Positions 12,316-29,800 of a DNA stretch of 64,000 nucleotides are shown here, one piece after another. The notes below the pieces were generated by a model that had not been told where the DNA came from, did not search any database, and worked only from the letters and a program-made list of their open reading frames with translations. Numbering within the stretch: the first letter of the stretch is position 1; every line of letters begins with the position of its first letter. Both the position numbers and the translations under genes were made by a program. Origin of the DNA: Balanoglossus misakiensis (lineage: Eukaryota; Animalia; Hemichordata); the NCBI GenBank assembly GCA_040954595.2, contig CM082588.2, positions 248,001-312,000 of the forward strand. The letters are read 5' to 3'.

Positions 12316-14118
12316 ATGGCAACCACAACGCACACATTCCATTCAATGAAAGTAACTGAGCTGAAGGATTTGTTGCGAAGACGAAGTCTTCCCATCAGTG
12401 GCAAAAAGGCAGACTTGATTGAACGACTTGAACTTTCTGATCTTAGTCAGATTGAACTGAAGAACCAACTGAAAAAGTTGGATTTATCTCAGTCTGGTTC
12501 TGTAACCGATCTTGTGAAGAGACTGCAGTCTCACAGGATCAAGGAAAGAGGTGAGCATGTTTTTATACACCTGTATTATCAAACACCTAGCAATTCCAAC
12601 TTAGCTTATCTCAGCCCTGGAGTATTTCAGATAGGACTTCTGTTCATATGCATTTCCCTGTTAGTAACTTGGACATAGCATTCTAGTATCACATTACCAG
12701 GGGGATTTGGTACAGTACCTTCAGCTAAAAAAATCTTGTCTCTATTTTTCTTTCTTTCAATCAAACAGGATGTACCAATGCTCTGATGTTACCACTTGAA
12801 ATGCCGAAGAAACAGAGAGTCAATCCCTTTGAGGATCCATGGCCAATGAAGTGTAGAGGTTGCGGTCTGGTTGTACCAAACAACCAGCAGATGGCACATG
12901 TTAACAAATGTTGGTTTCAAAATGGTGAACCCAATGTCTATCTGATGCATGCACAGAGTCAGTACTGGGGAGGTAAGTGCATCTAATATTGCCTCATCTC
13001 ATCTTTTCATGGTTTTCTTGATGTGCAAAATGTGTTGTTTTGTCAAATTGCTTTTGTAGATGCCTGATGTTTTTTCCTTTATTTTCCAGGGCGATTTGAG
13101 TTGTTGATGGCATTTCCATTGAATGGCTCCTTTAAAGATGTTGATCTCGCTCTAAGGTATACTTGGATGCAGTGTTGTTACGGCCATTCCAGTGAAATGG
13201 ACATCTACCCACCAGCTGAGTTTCAGAATGCTCTTGTAAGTCCTGAAAATTTCATTATTTCACACACATTTCACACACACAGTGTCATCACATTACTGTA
13301 ACATTGACTTGACAGGCTGTTATGTTACGGCTGATTACCAAAGTTGATAAAGAACCGAGGTGAGATATTGGCAGTTACAGGTTAACAGCACTCATACATG
13401 TACTAAAGGACTTGTGTCTATATCCATACTCTTTCCTTCGTGTAGATATCCTGCCAACAACCTAAGCAAGTGGTAATGTTGAATTCCTCATACATACAAG
13501 GCATGGGTCAAGGGTCATCATCTCAGAAGCCAATGGACTCATTGCTACAGATGTACACAGTAGTTGGAAGCAGAATGTTCTATGCGTTTGACATTTGTGA
13601 TGAGACTACCATTTATATAAGAACACTTGGTAAGTAGTCCATATGAAATACGCATCCAATATTCTTTACTGGATAGCCAACACTGGGTTTAGATATGTAG
13701 TCAGTCTTGTTTGTGTATTTGTATGCTGTTGGGATATGTGATGATTTAAAGGAAAGGAGGTCTGATTGTGTTACACATAAGCTGATAATTTGTTCTTCTT
13801 ATTTCAGGCCTGAAATGTCTCCGACGACCCCTGTTCAGTGACTTGAAAGACTTCACCAAAGGCAAGCACATTCTGATGAGAAATGAACTGGTTAGCATCC
13901 CTTGTTTCAAGTGCAACAAACCTTCCAAAGTCTTCACTCAGGATGTCCATTGGAACAGTGATGATGTTAACAACAACAACTTTGGTGGTGATGCCAAGTT
14001 CTTCTGTTCAAAGCCGTGTGGTAAATCGTTTGGTTTTCATCCAAGTGAGTTGAAGCCATTCCTCAACTCTCCAAGGTCTGGCTGTTGCAACTATAAGGGT
14101 TTGAATTACTTTGAATAA
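12316..14118 (+). CDS. Tandem SAP domains fused to a Cys/His-rich domain resembling prokaryotic pRiA4b ORF-3/MM3350-like proteins, about 359 aa
   Basis: Exons 12316-12550, 12769-12972, 13090-13235, 13446-13629 and 13808-14118 give 1080 nt in frame with all introns GT-AG. Two SAP motifs (MKVTELKDLLRRRSLPISGKKADLIERL; LSQIELKNQLKKLDLSQSGSVTDLVKRL) are followed by CRGC..MAHVNKC, DVDLALRYTWMQCCYGHSS, YAFD, LMRN..CFKCNKP and PFLNSPRSGCCNY. Confidence 0.8.
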
Positions 14119-15534
14119 GTTGAAACTATAAGGTTAGGGCTTTAATCTTTAAGAAACATCTGTCATTTCTGTTTGGGCTTTGAGGACGCGCGGGTATCGA
14201 CGAATGCAGAGATGCATTTTCAGTCAGATTGGTCTGAGATTTTCAGAAAATTTTCTGTGTGCCAAAAGTGACTGTAACCCTGATAATCATTTCTTAATAT
14301 GACAGCCACAGCAAAATCTGACGCTGAATTTTAACCACTAGAAAAGCCTAAGGTGATAACACATTTCAAAAGTATGTATTTTTTAAATTTGGCGTTAGAA
14401 CATACTTGAGTTGACAGGAGCAACATTTTAATGTTTTGATTTCTCAAGATGTGTAAATTTTAATTTTTTCTAAATATGTACAGCATTGTTATGTGGGCAA
14501 ATTGTTTGCCATGTTGGACCAAAATGACTTTTTGTTTTTGTTTTGTGACATCTCCAATGCAAGTGCATGCATGTTGATGCTGACTATAGTGGTTTGTCAT
14601 ATCTTTAATTTTTTTAGGATGAGTTGTTGATGGGAGCAGTCTTTGTCACCGTGATTTTATGATTAACTGTCATGTAATATTTTACTAGTGCTGTTGCCAT
14701 CTGAATGTGTCAACCAGTAAAAGGGAGCCAAGTTTGAGATTTGCTGCAGGGATATGTTAATATGACTTGACATGATGATGGCAAAATGTCAAGTTCAGTT
14801 TGGTGCAATTGAGTGTCAGATTGTGACATTACATTCTTTTACTTCCACAGTCTTGCCTTTTTATTTATTTATTTCTGAAACAGTTTTGTATTTAGAATTC
14901 TTTGTATTTTTGTAATAAAAGTGTGATAAATTTACTGCATGTCTGTTTTGTCTTTTGATTAATTGTGTCTATATTGTGTTCAACTTCTAGCGAATGTTAG
15001 GACAGCCCACTCTAGTGGCCAAATCAGGTATCTGTACTTTAATTGTCATGGTCACAATGAGAATAAGAAAAGTACGTACATGTACGGTATGTTTACTATT
15101 AAAGTCGACCTCCCTCCTGAGCTGAAAGGCAAAGAAAGTTTAAAACAAATCAAGCATTTTCTCCCTCTGATTGAACGTGTTAACCACTGTCCCTCTTTGT
15201 TATAGAGTTAGAAGAAACAGGTGCTTGTGCCAAATTCTTTGAAATATCGCACTTTGCAATCCAGCAACTTGTTATACATTGCCCATAGTGCTAAACGTAT
15301 GTGGGCTGGCCCATCCTTTACTGTCGAAAGATACCTGGTTGCCATTGGTGGCGCTGTGCCAACTACAGAAAGAGAAGGAGACATAACTGCCGCATCACAG
15401 CAGGTGATGGATGCAGCTCGCAATAAAATTAGCATTTTACTAGCTATTTGATATCCGCCTAAATCCACCAATAAACACTTCAGATCTGCATGTGCACATC
15501 ACACGAGCTGTTAACTTGATACAAGTCATACAAT

Positions 15535-20926
<5,392 letters not shown>

Positions 20927-22792
20927 AAGATAGGCATTTTATCTCGCCAAGAAATGGATGCAATAACCTCTCATAAATGTATTCACACATGTCATTTTTT
21001 CAAATTATGCATGTCAAAACAAAACTTATGATGCTATAAACAAATTTGTATTTGGTACTCTTTTAAACGAATTTAAGCCATTACAACAGACTAAATTTTC
21101 CACTTAGAATTGTTCTAAGTCACTACACATCATTGTATTTTCTTACTTTACATTAAAGTAATCACACATTTCTATTATTGGGCAAAAATGAAAGGCAGAG
21201 TTCTTGTGACTGCCACCATTTGCAAAATTATTCACTGTTCCTGGGTCAGCCTGTATTAAAATAAGTACTTTTATTTACCAGAGATGTAACATTTTATGTA
21301 GAATTCCTAGCCTTCCGAAAGTAGAAATGATCATGTTAAAAACAAATGAAACGATATGTTGATCTCTTCTTTGTTTGAGGGCGCTGACACAAACACATTT
21401 GCGGGCGTTTCTGAGACCGCTTTATTTTCTGACCCTTTTTTCGATGTTTTCTTTCTCGCTAAAAATTACCAAAAGCTGTGTATGTTAACTCCAATATATA
21501 AGGTGTTAGGCAACTATATCGAAAATGAATTTTCTATTATATTTGTTGTGCAGAAATCGGTCATTTGCATCGGTTTGATTTTACACTGAAACATAACAAT
21601 AGCACCCCCCCCCACCCCCGACCGTCTTTCTTGAGGGACTGTGGCCAAGTGTAAACATCTTTAGCAATGCTGCAGTGCATTAGATCACATATCAACTTCC
21701 TCACTTTCTTAGGTACTTACCAGTAATGTTTTCTTGCCAAATACTTTAACCTTCACACATCTGTTAAAACATGAAATGATAATCATTTTGTTTTATTCGT
21801 ATTACTAGTAAATAAGTAAAAACAACTCACATCAGTACGGTATAAAGAGTTTTTTTTATTGTCCTGAAACAGGTTAAATATAAAAATGTGTACACACAAA
21901 ATGCACAATGAAACTTCTTTTCTACATCAAAGTATGAATGATGCAAATATGAGAACATCTGATATTTAGATGGCATTTTTATCTCTGTACTTCATCTTTA
22001 GGGAATAGTAAAGTAAAAAGTAAAACGCAGACTAGAAAGTACTGAATAAACATCAACAGATACATATATACAACTGCCGTATTGTTCTTAGTATGAGGAC
22101 CAATGTTCAGTGGTGAAAAGCCAAGTTCTTTAATAAAATGGTATCTGTAAAAGGGTCTTTCTAATAAGATTGTCTTATATAGTTACTATTTTCAATGATG
22201 AAATGTGACTACTAAAATAATCTAAACACAGATATACAAATCAGCATAGGTGTAACAAAGACAGGGCCTTTTAAAGATATCTTCTGTCTCTGGAATTACA
22301 CTGTACATAATACAGCATGTCTGATCACATGTACACCAGGGACCCTAGGGGTTAAGAACTGTCTCGGTTTGCTGGGGTGTTCAGCACGAGATTATGATGT
22401 TGTAGACAAGCGTGTGGTTTACACAGGATTTTGGTTAAAACTGGTTTTGAACATGGGAGGTATGTGTTCAAGATTGCAGCTGCAGTCCTATTGGTCAAGT
22501 GAGTCCTCAAGAATAAATACCAGTGAAATCCTAGCTCCTAGTGGAAGGAAGGCCTGGTAAATCTTGAAATTCCATGTTGACATCTATTCATCCACTGGAA
22601 ACGCTTTGGAACATACTAAATTCAGCCAACACAAACAGAACATCTAAAAAGAAAAAATATGTTTCAATAAGGTATCAAGGCATGACACTATTCACCATAA
22701 GTGATCAGAAGAAAACAGTTAATTTTCAAGGTAAATACATATAATAACTTCATACTCACTGATATTTACAGAATTCCACCAAACAGCCTCTG

Positions 22793-23483
22793 TCATACTT
22801 TAAAACCAAGTTTCCTCATGCATTCTTTGTGAGCTTCGATGTAATCACCACAGTCATCAGCTCCTCTCTCGATAATGCTGTGAAGGGAAAATCCATTACA
22901 TGAAATGTTTTAAGTCATAGACAGTTGCGTATGGTATAAATGCACACATACTACTGGTGTTACGCTCAATCAACATGACTTGGCACATTTCAGAACTGAC
23001 ATCATTGCAGTCAGAGGAAAGTGCCTTTTCTCAATATTTATGTTCTGCATATCTGAATTTTAGACAAATGCAACCAGTCTTAATTCAGAAAATATTGCGT
23101 TGTCACCGTTCTAGTTGGCAAAACAAGTTCCATTATAGTGATTTTATCATGAAATGACGTCATCCTGAGAATGGCGTTTGAAAACTTCAGTGTTTGTGAG
23201 TATGACAGTCATAATATACGACCTTTGGACGAATTAAACTCATGTAGTATATCCACAGGCAAAAAATATGTAATCGTTACATCATTCTTTAGCCAAGCAT
23301 CCATAAACAACGATGGAAGCAAACACAAATGCATGTTACACAATCTGGCATGGCATGGAAGTTGGTCGTAAAAATGCCTTACCAAGCGTCCCTTACTTTC
23401 TTCGTCTCTGGACAAGCACAGCAAGGTTTTAGTTTGGGCTTTCCCTCCCCATTATCACCGTTCTCTATCTTCGTTTCTGGCAT
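22793..23483 (-). CDS. COX17: Cytochrome c oxidase copper chaperone COX17, 61 aa
   Basis: Exons 23483-23383 and 22877-22793 encode [42 protein letters not shown], with the CC copper site and twin CX9C motif. Confidence 0.97.
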
Positions 23484-23786
23484 GGTTACTGAATTATTAC
23501 CTATCGTGGAAAAACGACGAGAAAGACACACACTCAGCCAGTCACGTAACACAGAGCTCACCAGGAGTATTGGGCTGACCTGACATGACCTAACCTGTTG
23601 TCAATTTCAAAGTAATTAAAGGTGTCACTAATCTATTACTGTCATGCTATATGAAGATATATTTTTAAAATAGAATAACTCATAGAAAGTTAGTCTTCGA
23701 TGTTTCACTGTTCAATCACAAAAAATAAAGCAAATTGGTTTCCCAGTTGCAATTACCCAAAATGCAATTCGATGTCAACAACAAAC
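23484..23786. promoter_or_regulatory. Probable bidirectional promoter between COX17 and TAF13
   Basis: The two divergent start codons are about 300 bp apart. Confidence 0.7.
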
Positions 23787-24672
23787 ATGGCGGAAGCAAC
23801 AGCAGAGGTAAGGGGATTTCTACACTGTTTGATTTATTTCAGTGGTATTACCTGGTGTTTTGCCGTTTAAGACAGCAGCACTGATCAGAACTTCTGGCAC
23901 TGCTGTGGTCTTCTTTCTGTCGAGGTGGGTTTGCCTAAAAGTGTGTGTGCATGTAGCCGATCTTACAAAATCATGGTGACCACATTGTTATTGTGTACGT
24001 TTCTGTATTTTTAAACCATTTCCAGCAGTTTGAAGAAGAATTTACTGATGTTGTTGACACGACAGAAACTGGAGAAAGCAGCCAAGGAAAAAAGAAAAGA
24101 TTGTTTTCTAAAGAGTGTAAGTAGATCTTGATTGGCAGGCCAGCAACAGCCTAATATGTGCATGAGGAGTCTGCAACATACATTCTTATGTAGTACATGT
24201 AATATATTTCTTTAAGTTTAATGATGTCAACAAAATAACACCAGCTCCTATGTCTTTAAACTAAATGTCTGTTACGTTCTCCGTCTTTCTCAGTAAGATG
24301 TATGATGTATGGCTTTGGAGATGACCAGAACCCCTACACAGAAACTGTAGATCTGCTAGAAGACCTTGTTACTGAGTTTGTGACTGAAACTGTAAGTAAT
24401 GCTTCAAATATTGGTCCTAATCCCATTTTGATCAGATATTTGAATACAGTTCAGGTGGTTTGATTAATATGATTAATTTATGTTTCTGACAGACTCACAA
24501 AGCTATGGAAGTTGGCAGACCAGGCAGAGTACAAGTGGAAGACATTGTGTTCCTTATACGCAAAGATCCAAGGAAATATTCCAGAGTTAAAGAATTACTC
24601 ACAATGAATGAAGAACTTAAAAAAGCCAGGAAAGCTTTCGATGAAGCAATCTATGACCTCAAGGCTGAATAA
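23787..24672 (+). CDS. TAF13: TFIID subunit TAF13, 129 aa
   Basis: Exons 23787-23807, 24026-24116, 24294-24391 and 24493-24672 encode KRLFSKELRCMMYGFGDDQNPYTETVDLLEDLV...GRVQVEDIVFLIRKDPRKYSRVKELLTMNEELKKARKAFDE. Confidence 0.97.
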
Positions 24673-26831
24673 AGAGGAAAGCAGGAAAATGTTATGGATC
24701 TGGAGTGGCAGTAACAAGAGAACAGAAACACTGTTGAAGAATACGTCAAGACTGTGGACATGTACTATATTTTGACTGGCGCCATCTAGAGAACAATCTT
24801 GAAATACTGAAAAACTGCATATCTGGCAGTGGATATACGGACACTGTCATGAGAACTGATGTTTTATGTTTATTTTAGGAAGTATGGAATTTTGAAGAAA
24901 ACACTGGCCTTGTCAGGCCACAGCCTAACTTTTCAAGTCTTCTTTACATTGAATAATGCTTTGGTGTCTGGTTTAGACAGACCTGATTGTTCTTGTATCA
25001 CACATCAAGAATGATGTTTATAGAGAGACAAATAATAATTTCACACAATAAAGAACCTGAAGAACAAATATTTTGAGTGACCTTGATTTTTTCCCTGTCC
25101 TTCATCTCCTCACATCGCATTTCATTTCATGGAAACATACTCAGCAATGCGAAAGTGTCAAGCATGTTATGAAGAAAGAATAAGTTGAAAATAGACGTTG
25201 GTGGCACCCTCCAACATTCAATTTCCACAGGACAACCGTTCCAGATCTTTGAGAGAAATCAAATCATATAGAGAGAGAGAGAGAGCGAAAGAAAAAAACC
25301 ACACACGTATTTGGATTTTCAGTGATTCAGATGCAAAGTTTATTGCACCAATTTATATATTTCTGACATTTATATTGTCATAAACTATTTTTGAAGCATA
25401 AAAGCCAACAGCAATATTTACACCTCTGTGCAATAATAAATACACTTCAAAAATTAAATATTTCCATAAAAGAAGTAGAACCCACAGCATGACAATCAAT
25501 TCATTTGGTCTCCAAAAGGTTAAATTCTCCTTTGGAAAATCTCTGCCAGTGGTCATGAGAAATAAAGTAATGACAGTTCCACAGGAAAATTGACAGTAGG
25601 GTCTTCGGGAACAAACTTCAATCAAATCAAGCTTCATTCAAAAGGAGCCTCACTAGTTTAAAACTTACTCCAAAAATATCGTTTCACCGACGACTGTCAT
25701 CTTGCACATTCACTCTCCTTGGCTATTAATGTGAAAAATATCACTCTACCAATATGAGCTTATTAATGCCCGCTAGTGTTCATATGAAATAATAACCCTT
25801 GCCACTTTCCATTATCGGATCAATAAAACCTTTATTACACGCACTGAACCCAATCAGCCAAGTTAGCCTGTATGTTCGATGATACTGTGTATATGTAATA
25901 GAAGAGTCACGACTATACGCCTGACATGTTTGACAGCCCACATGCTGCCGATGTAATAGCTTTGAAGAATAAAAAATAGGACACAATGAGCTCATATTGA
26001 AGACAATTAAAATACAAAATATTTTACTGTAAGAGGAAAAAAGATATTACCGGTACATATGATTTTTTCAAAAAGAACACATCTGTTATGTGATATGTCT
26101 CCTGGAGCTATATGCTGGAAATTCAGGGTTCAATGCTTGAGTTATACTTATTTTTACTTGAAAAATACTTTCAATTTGAAAATATTCAGATATATATGGT
26201 ATAAGTGTGATGTGTTTCACACAGTACAATGTATATTACTATATTTTAATTTAATTTCTTACTCTAACATCACAAAGTACTTTTTGTCCAGACGAATGAA
26301 GCTATATGCATATAGACAGCAAAATTCAAAATGACAGTGTGACAGAAGAATACTGATAGGAGTTGCTCATGTAGACAGATCAGACACGCAGCGCAAAGTA
26401 CTTATACACCAGCTGCCTGATCAGTTCTCATCATACCTGCAACTGTGCAGTGCGGCAAAAGTTTATTACCACAAGGGAAAAATACTGTCATCTTCTTAGG
26501 ATTCCGTCAACGTCTTCAAGCTGTCAGAAGGCTGAATCACTCAAGTGAGATTACCATAACTACCATGCAGACAGCCAATCTTCTATATTCACATTTCCAG
26601 AGTTATTGGTTGCTTTCAAGGACGTGCCGAAGAAATCCTCTCTTCATGTCTGTGTACACAGGCTTGTATAAACATCCCTGGTTCAGTGTAAAGACCGACC
26701 TCTGTACAAGTCTGACATTGGTGGCATTCTCAAGTTCACGTTTTGTAATACAAGTTATTTGTGATGTTCTCAGTTTCAGGGCGAGCCAGGTTTCCGGTCC
26801 TGTACCAGGTCTGAGTAATCCTGCTAAAGAA

Positions 26832-29800
26832 CTATTCACCATCTTGTTCCTCTGTTGTTGGTTCCAAACCACTTTGTGATTCCGATTCTGATACATCTGT
26901 CGTACTCTCTGTCAGCAAATTTAATTTCTTCAGTAATAACCTGTATGATGCAAAGAAGAAACAAAGTGAGGTTATCAAACTAATGGCCACCACACAGTAA
27001 CCACATGACAACAGTCAATTTAAGGTGAACGGACAAGTGGCCAACACGTTTAACCATCAATATCAATAAACTAGTGACAACCCAATTATTTTGTTTTGCA
27101 GGCCTCTACATCTCTATGCCTCTCTCCACCTTGTGTTAAATCTTACTGGAACATGTACTTGGCAGTGAACATGTATCCATTGTAAATCTACCAAGAATGT
27201 GTACAGCACACAACCATCGATGTCGTGTTTCAGAGCTTAATTTCAGATTTGAGCCAAAACTTCTTCAGTTTTCAGTAATCTCATAGCTTACACACATGAC
27301 ATCACCAGCATATTGATTTTATAATCACGAAACCATAGCAAGCAATAGTGAAACATGGCGTGGATACCTTGGACATGCAGACAACCGTTCCCATTTCATT
27401 TTACTCACAAGTGAAACACATTACCCTCTCATCCCCATTTCCATCTGTTTGAACCAAACCAAACAAAACCATACCTGTAGTAACTGTGGTGAAAGGGTCT
27501 AAATAAAGAGTGATGTTCAGTACAAACCTTTTGTCACATTCTTCAGCACCTGACTTATCAAGCAACCTCTCCAATTCATTTTCAAGTTGCTGAAAAAAAA
27601 GACAAACATGAATGAGAAATAAAAAAAAATTCAGAACTTTGAATGAAATACCCATGGGAACCTCATTAGCCGATTCACTGTTAAGAATCTGCTGATTGGT
27701 TTGACAATTTTGCCCAAAATAAATCATGCTGCTATTTCCAAAGTGAGTGGGAATATCATACACAAACTTGCATGAACCATTTTAATTTAACTCACACCTT
27801 GGCAAATCATAGTTTGTCCTTAATAGGCCCATACTCTAGATCTGCACGAATACACTATACACTATTAAATTACAATTAAAGAAAGGACGGAGCAGGTACA
27901 ATGCAGACTTTTAATGAGGCCTACAGGGGCCCATCAGGTTACGGGTACATCTACTCTATGTCTGTAAGAAGGTATCAGTACACTGATTTGCGCCAGACAC
28001 AACTTACCTCAATTGTTCTCTCAAGGTAATCATTTGTACTCAGCACCCTTTGAACTTCCACCTCAGTTTCCTTGACACACTGCTCCAGATGTTGACACAC
28101 AGAATTGGGCACGTAATTCTCCTTCAATTCTTCACGAAGCTCTTGAAGCAAATCCACTTGGTCGAGAATAGCACAGTGTAGCTCTTCAATCTGCTCTGTG
28201 ATGTCCTTCGGTTTGTCATCGCGATACCTCGCTATCATCTTCTTAGGTTTGTCCTGTGGTGGTGGGTCGTTGGCCAGGGCAAGTTTTTCTTTTGTGATTT
28301 CATCTCTCAAACTGAAAGCCAAGCCACCAAAATAAACTTTAATAAAACTTATAAGCTAAGCACATGCAGTGCTAGCATGAGACGCTGTGAGTGCCCCTGA
28401 AAGTTGTACGAACAACTGGGTTTCTGCAAAGGCTAGAACTTGCACTAAGAAAATGCCGACAGACCATAAGATAAATCCTTACCTTTCGTTTTTATCAAGC
28501 AATTTTTTGGCATCCATCTCCAGATCTTTGACTCGCTGTCTCTCTTGCACGACGTCCCTGGCCGCTGACGTCCCACTGGTGGTTAGATTCTGTACTTGCT
28601 GATACAGCACTTGACTAGACTGGGCTGACTGGCTGTCCAATAGTGAACCCATGTACAAATCATACTCATTCTGCAAGCAACAACACAGATGGCCAAATAG
28701 GTCAGTTGAGTGAGGAAATATGACACATCTATAGTCATGGGACTAACACAAATGAAGGAAATGGAAAAAGCCTCAGGAGCAGTATACCTGTAATGATGCA
28801 TTACTTTATTTCACCACAGATGGGGGAACAACTGGAAGAAAGCTAGAAATTTGCAGCTAACAGCGTTAAAGCAATGACGTCACAAACTTTTAAAAAGGCA
28901 GAATTGATCGATGACCTGTCTCTATAATCTAAATGACAGCTTCATCATTGCTGATTCATAAAACAAACATCCATTGCCTTAAATTAGCAATGTCAGGTTA
29001 TTATACATGTATATCAAAATTTATTTAGTGAAAGAGTTGTCTGAATTCTGTTAATACACACATCTGAATTCGGACAGCATCATTGCCAGTTAAGCTTTAA
29101 TATCACAACCATCAATAATGTATTCAATAAACTACATTACAGTTCCTACACCGCAGGGGTTCAACTGACCATTCATGAAATTTTATTGCATTTTAATCAA
29201 GACAAACACGCAATAAAAAGATTTTATTTTCAGCAAGGATGTAATAATGTTTGATGGAAATTGTCTTCAAGGCCAAGTATTCAGATGGGAGATGCCCATT
29301 CATTCCAGATTCTCTCCCACTGCTGCCAATTTTGTTTCCGTTTTTGACTTTTTTGATCTTTTCCATGGGCCACTGGAAAAAGGAAGTTAAGTATTTGGAA
29401 GCCAAGGAATGAGATGGAAATAAATTCTGATCACTCCAATAGAGTTTGCCAAATCCACCAATACATGAGTAAATTCACATATGATGAATTTAGTTGCCAA
29501 ACATTGAACGGATTGATTAATATTGGCAGATACTCATAGGGTCCATATTGACTACAGGACAATTAAAAACCTGTGGCTTCCGATTCATCTCAGCCAACTC
29601 ACATGCAGTTGTATGCAAACTGCATCTAGGGTCTGACAGCTTTCATCAAACCCATCGTCTGAAACTTGTCACGCTCAAATTAGATCTCTTCAAAGAGATT
29701 ATATAAAGACCTGACTTCCTTTTTAATCAATGAAGCTCTTGGTTATATTAGGACATCATTGTAGGACTTGACCTGTGACATCAGGTGTCACTCACTGCCA

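Noticed and set aside
15208-15471. Overlapping 76-87 aa ORFs upstream of SRM
   Set aside because: No recognisable domain or splice support. They overlap the SRM promoter region.
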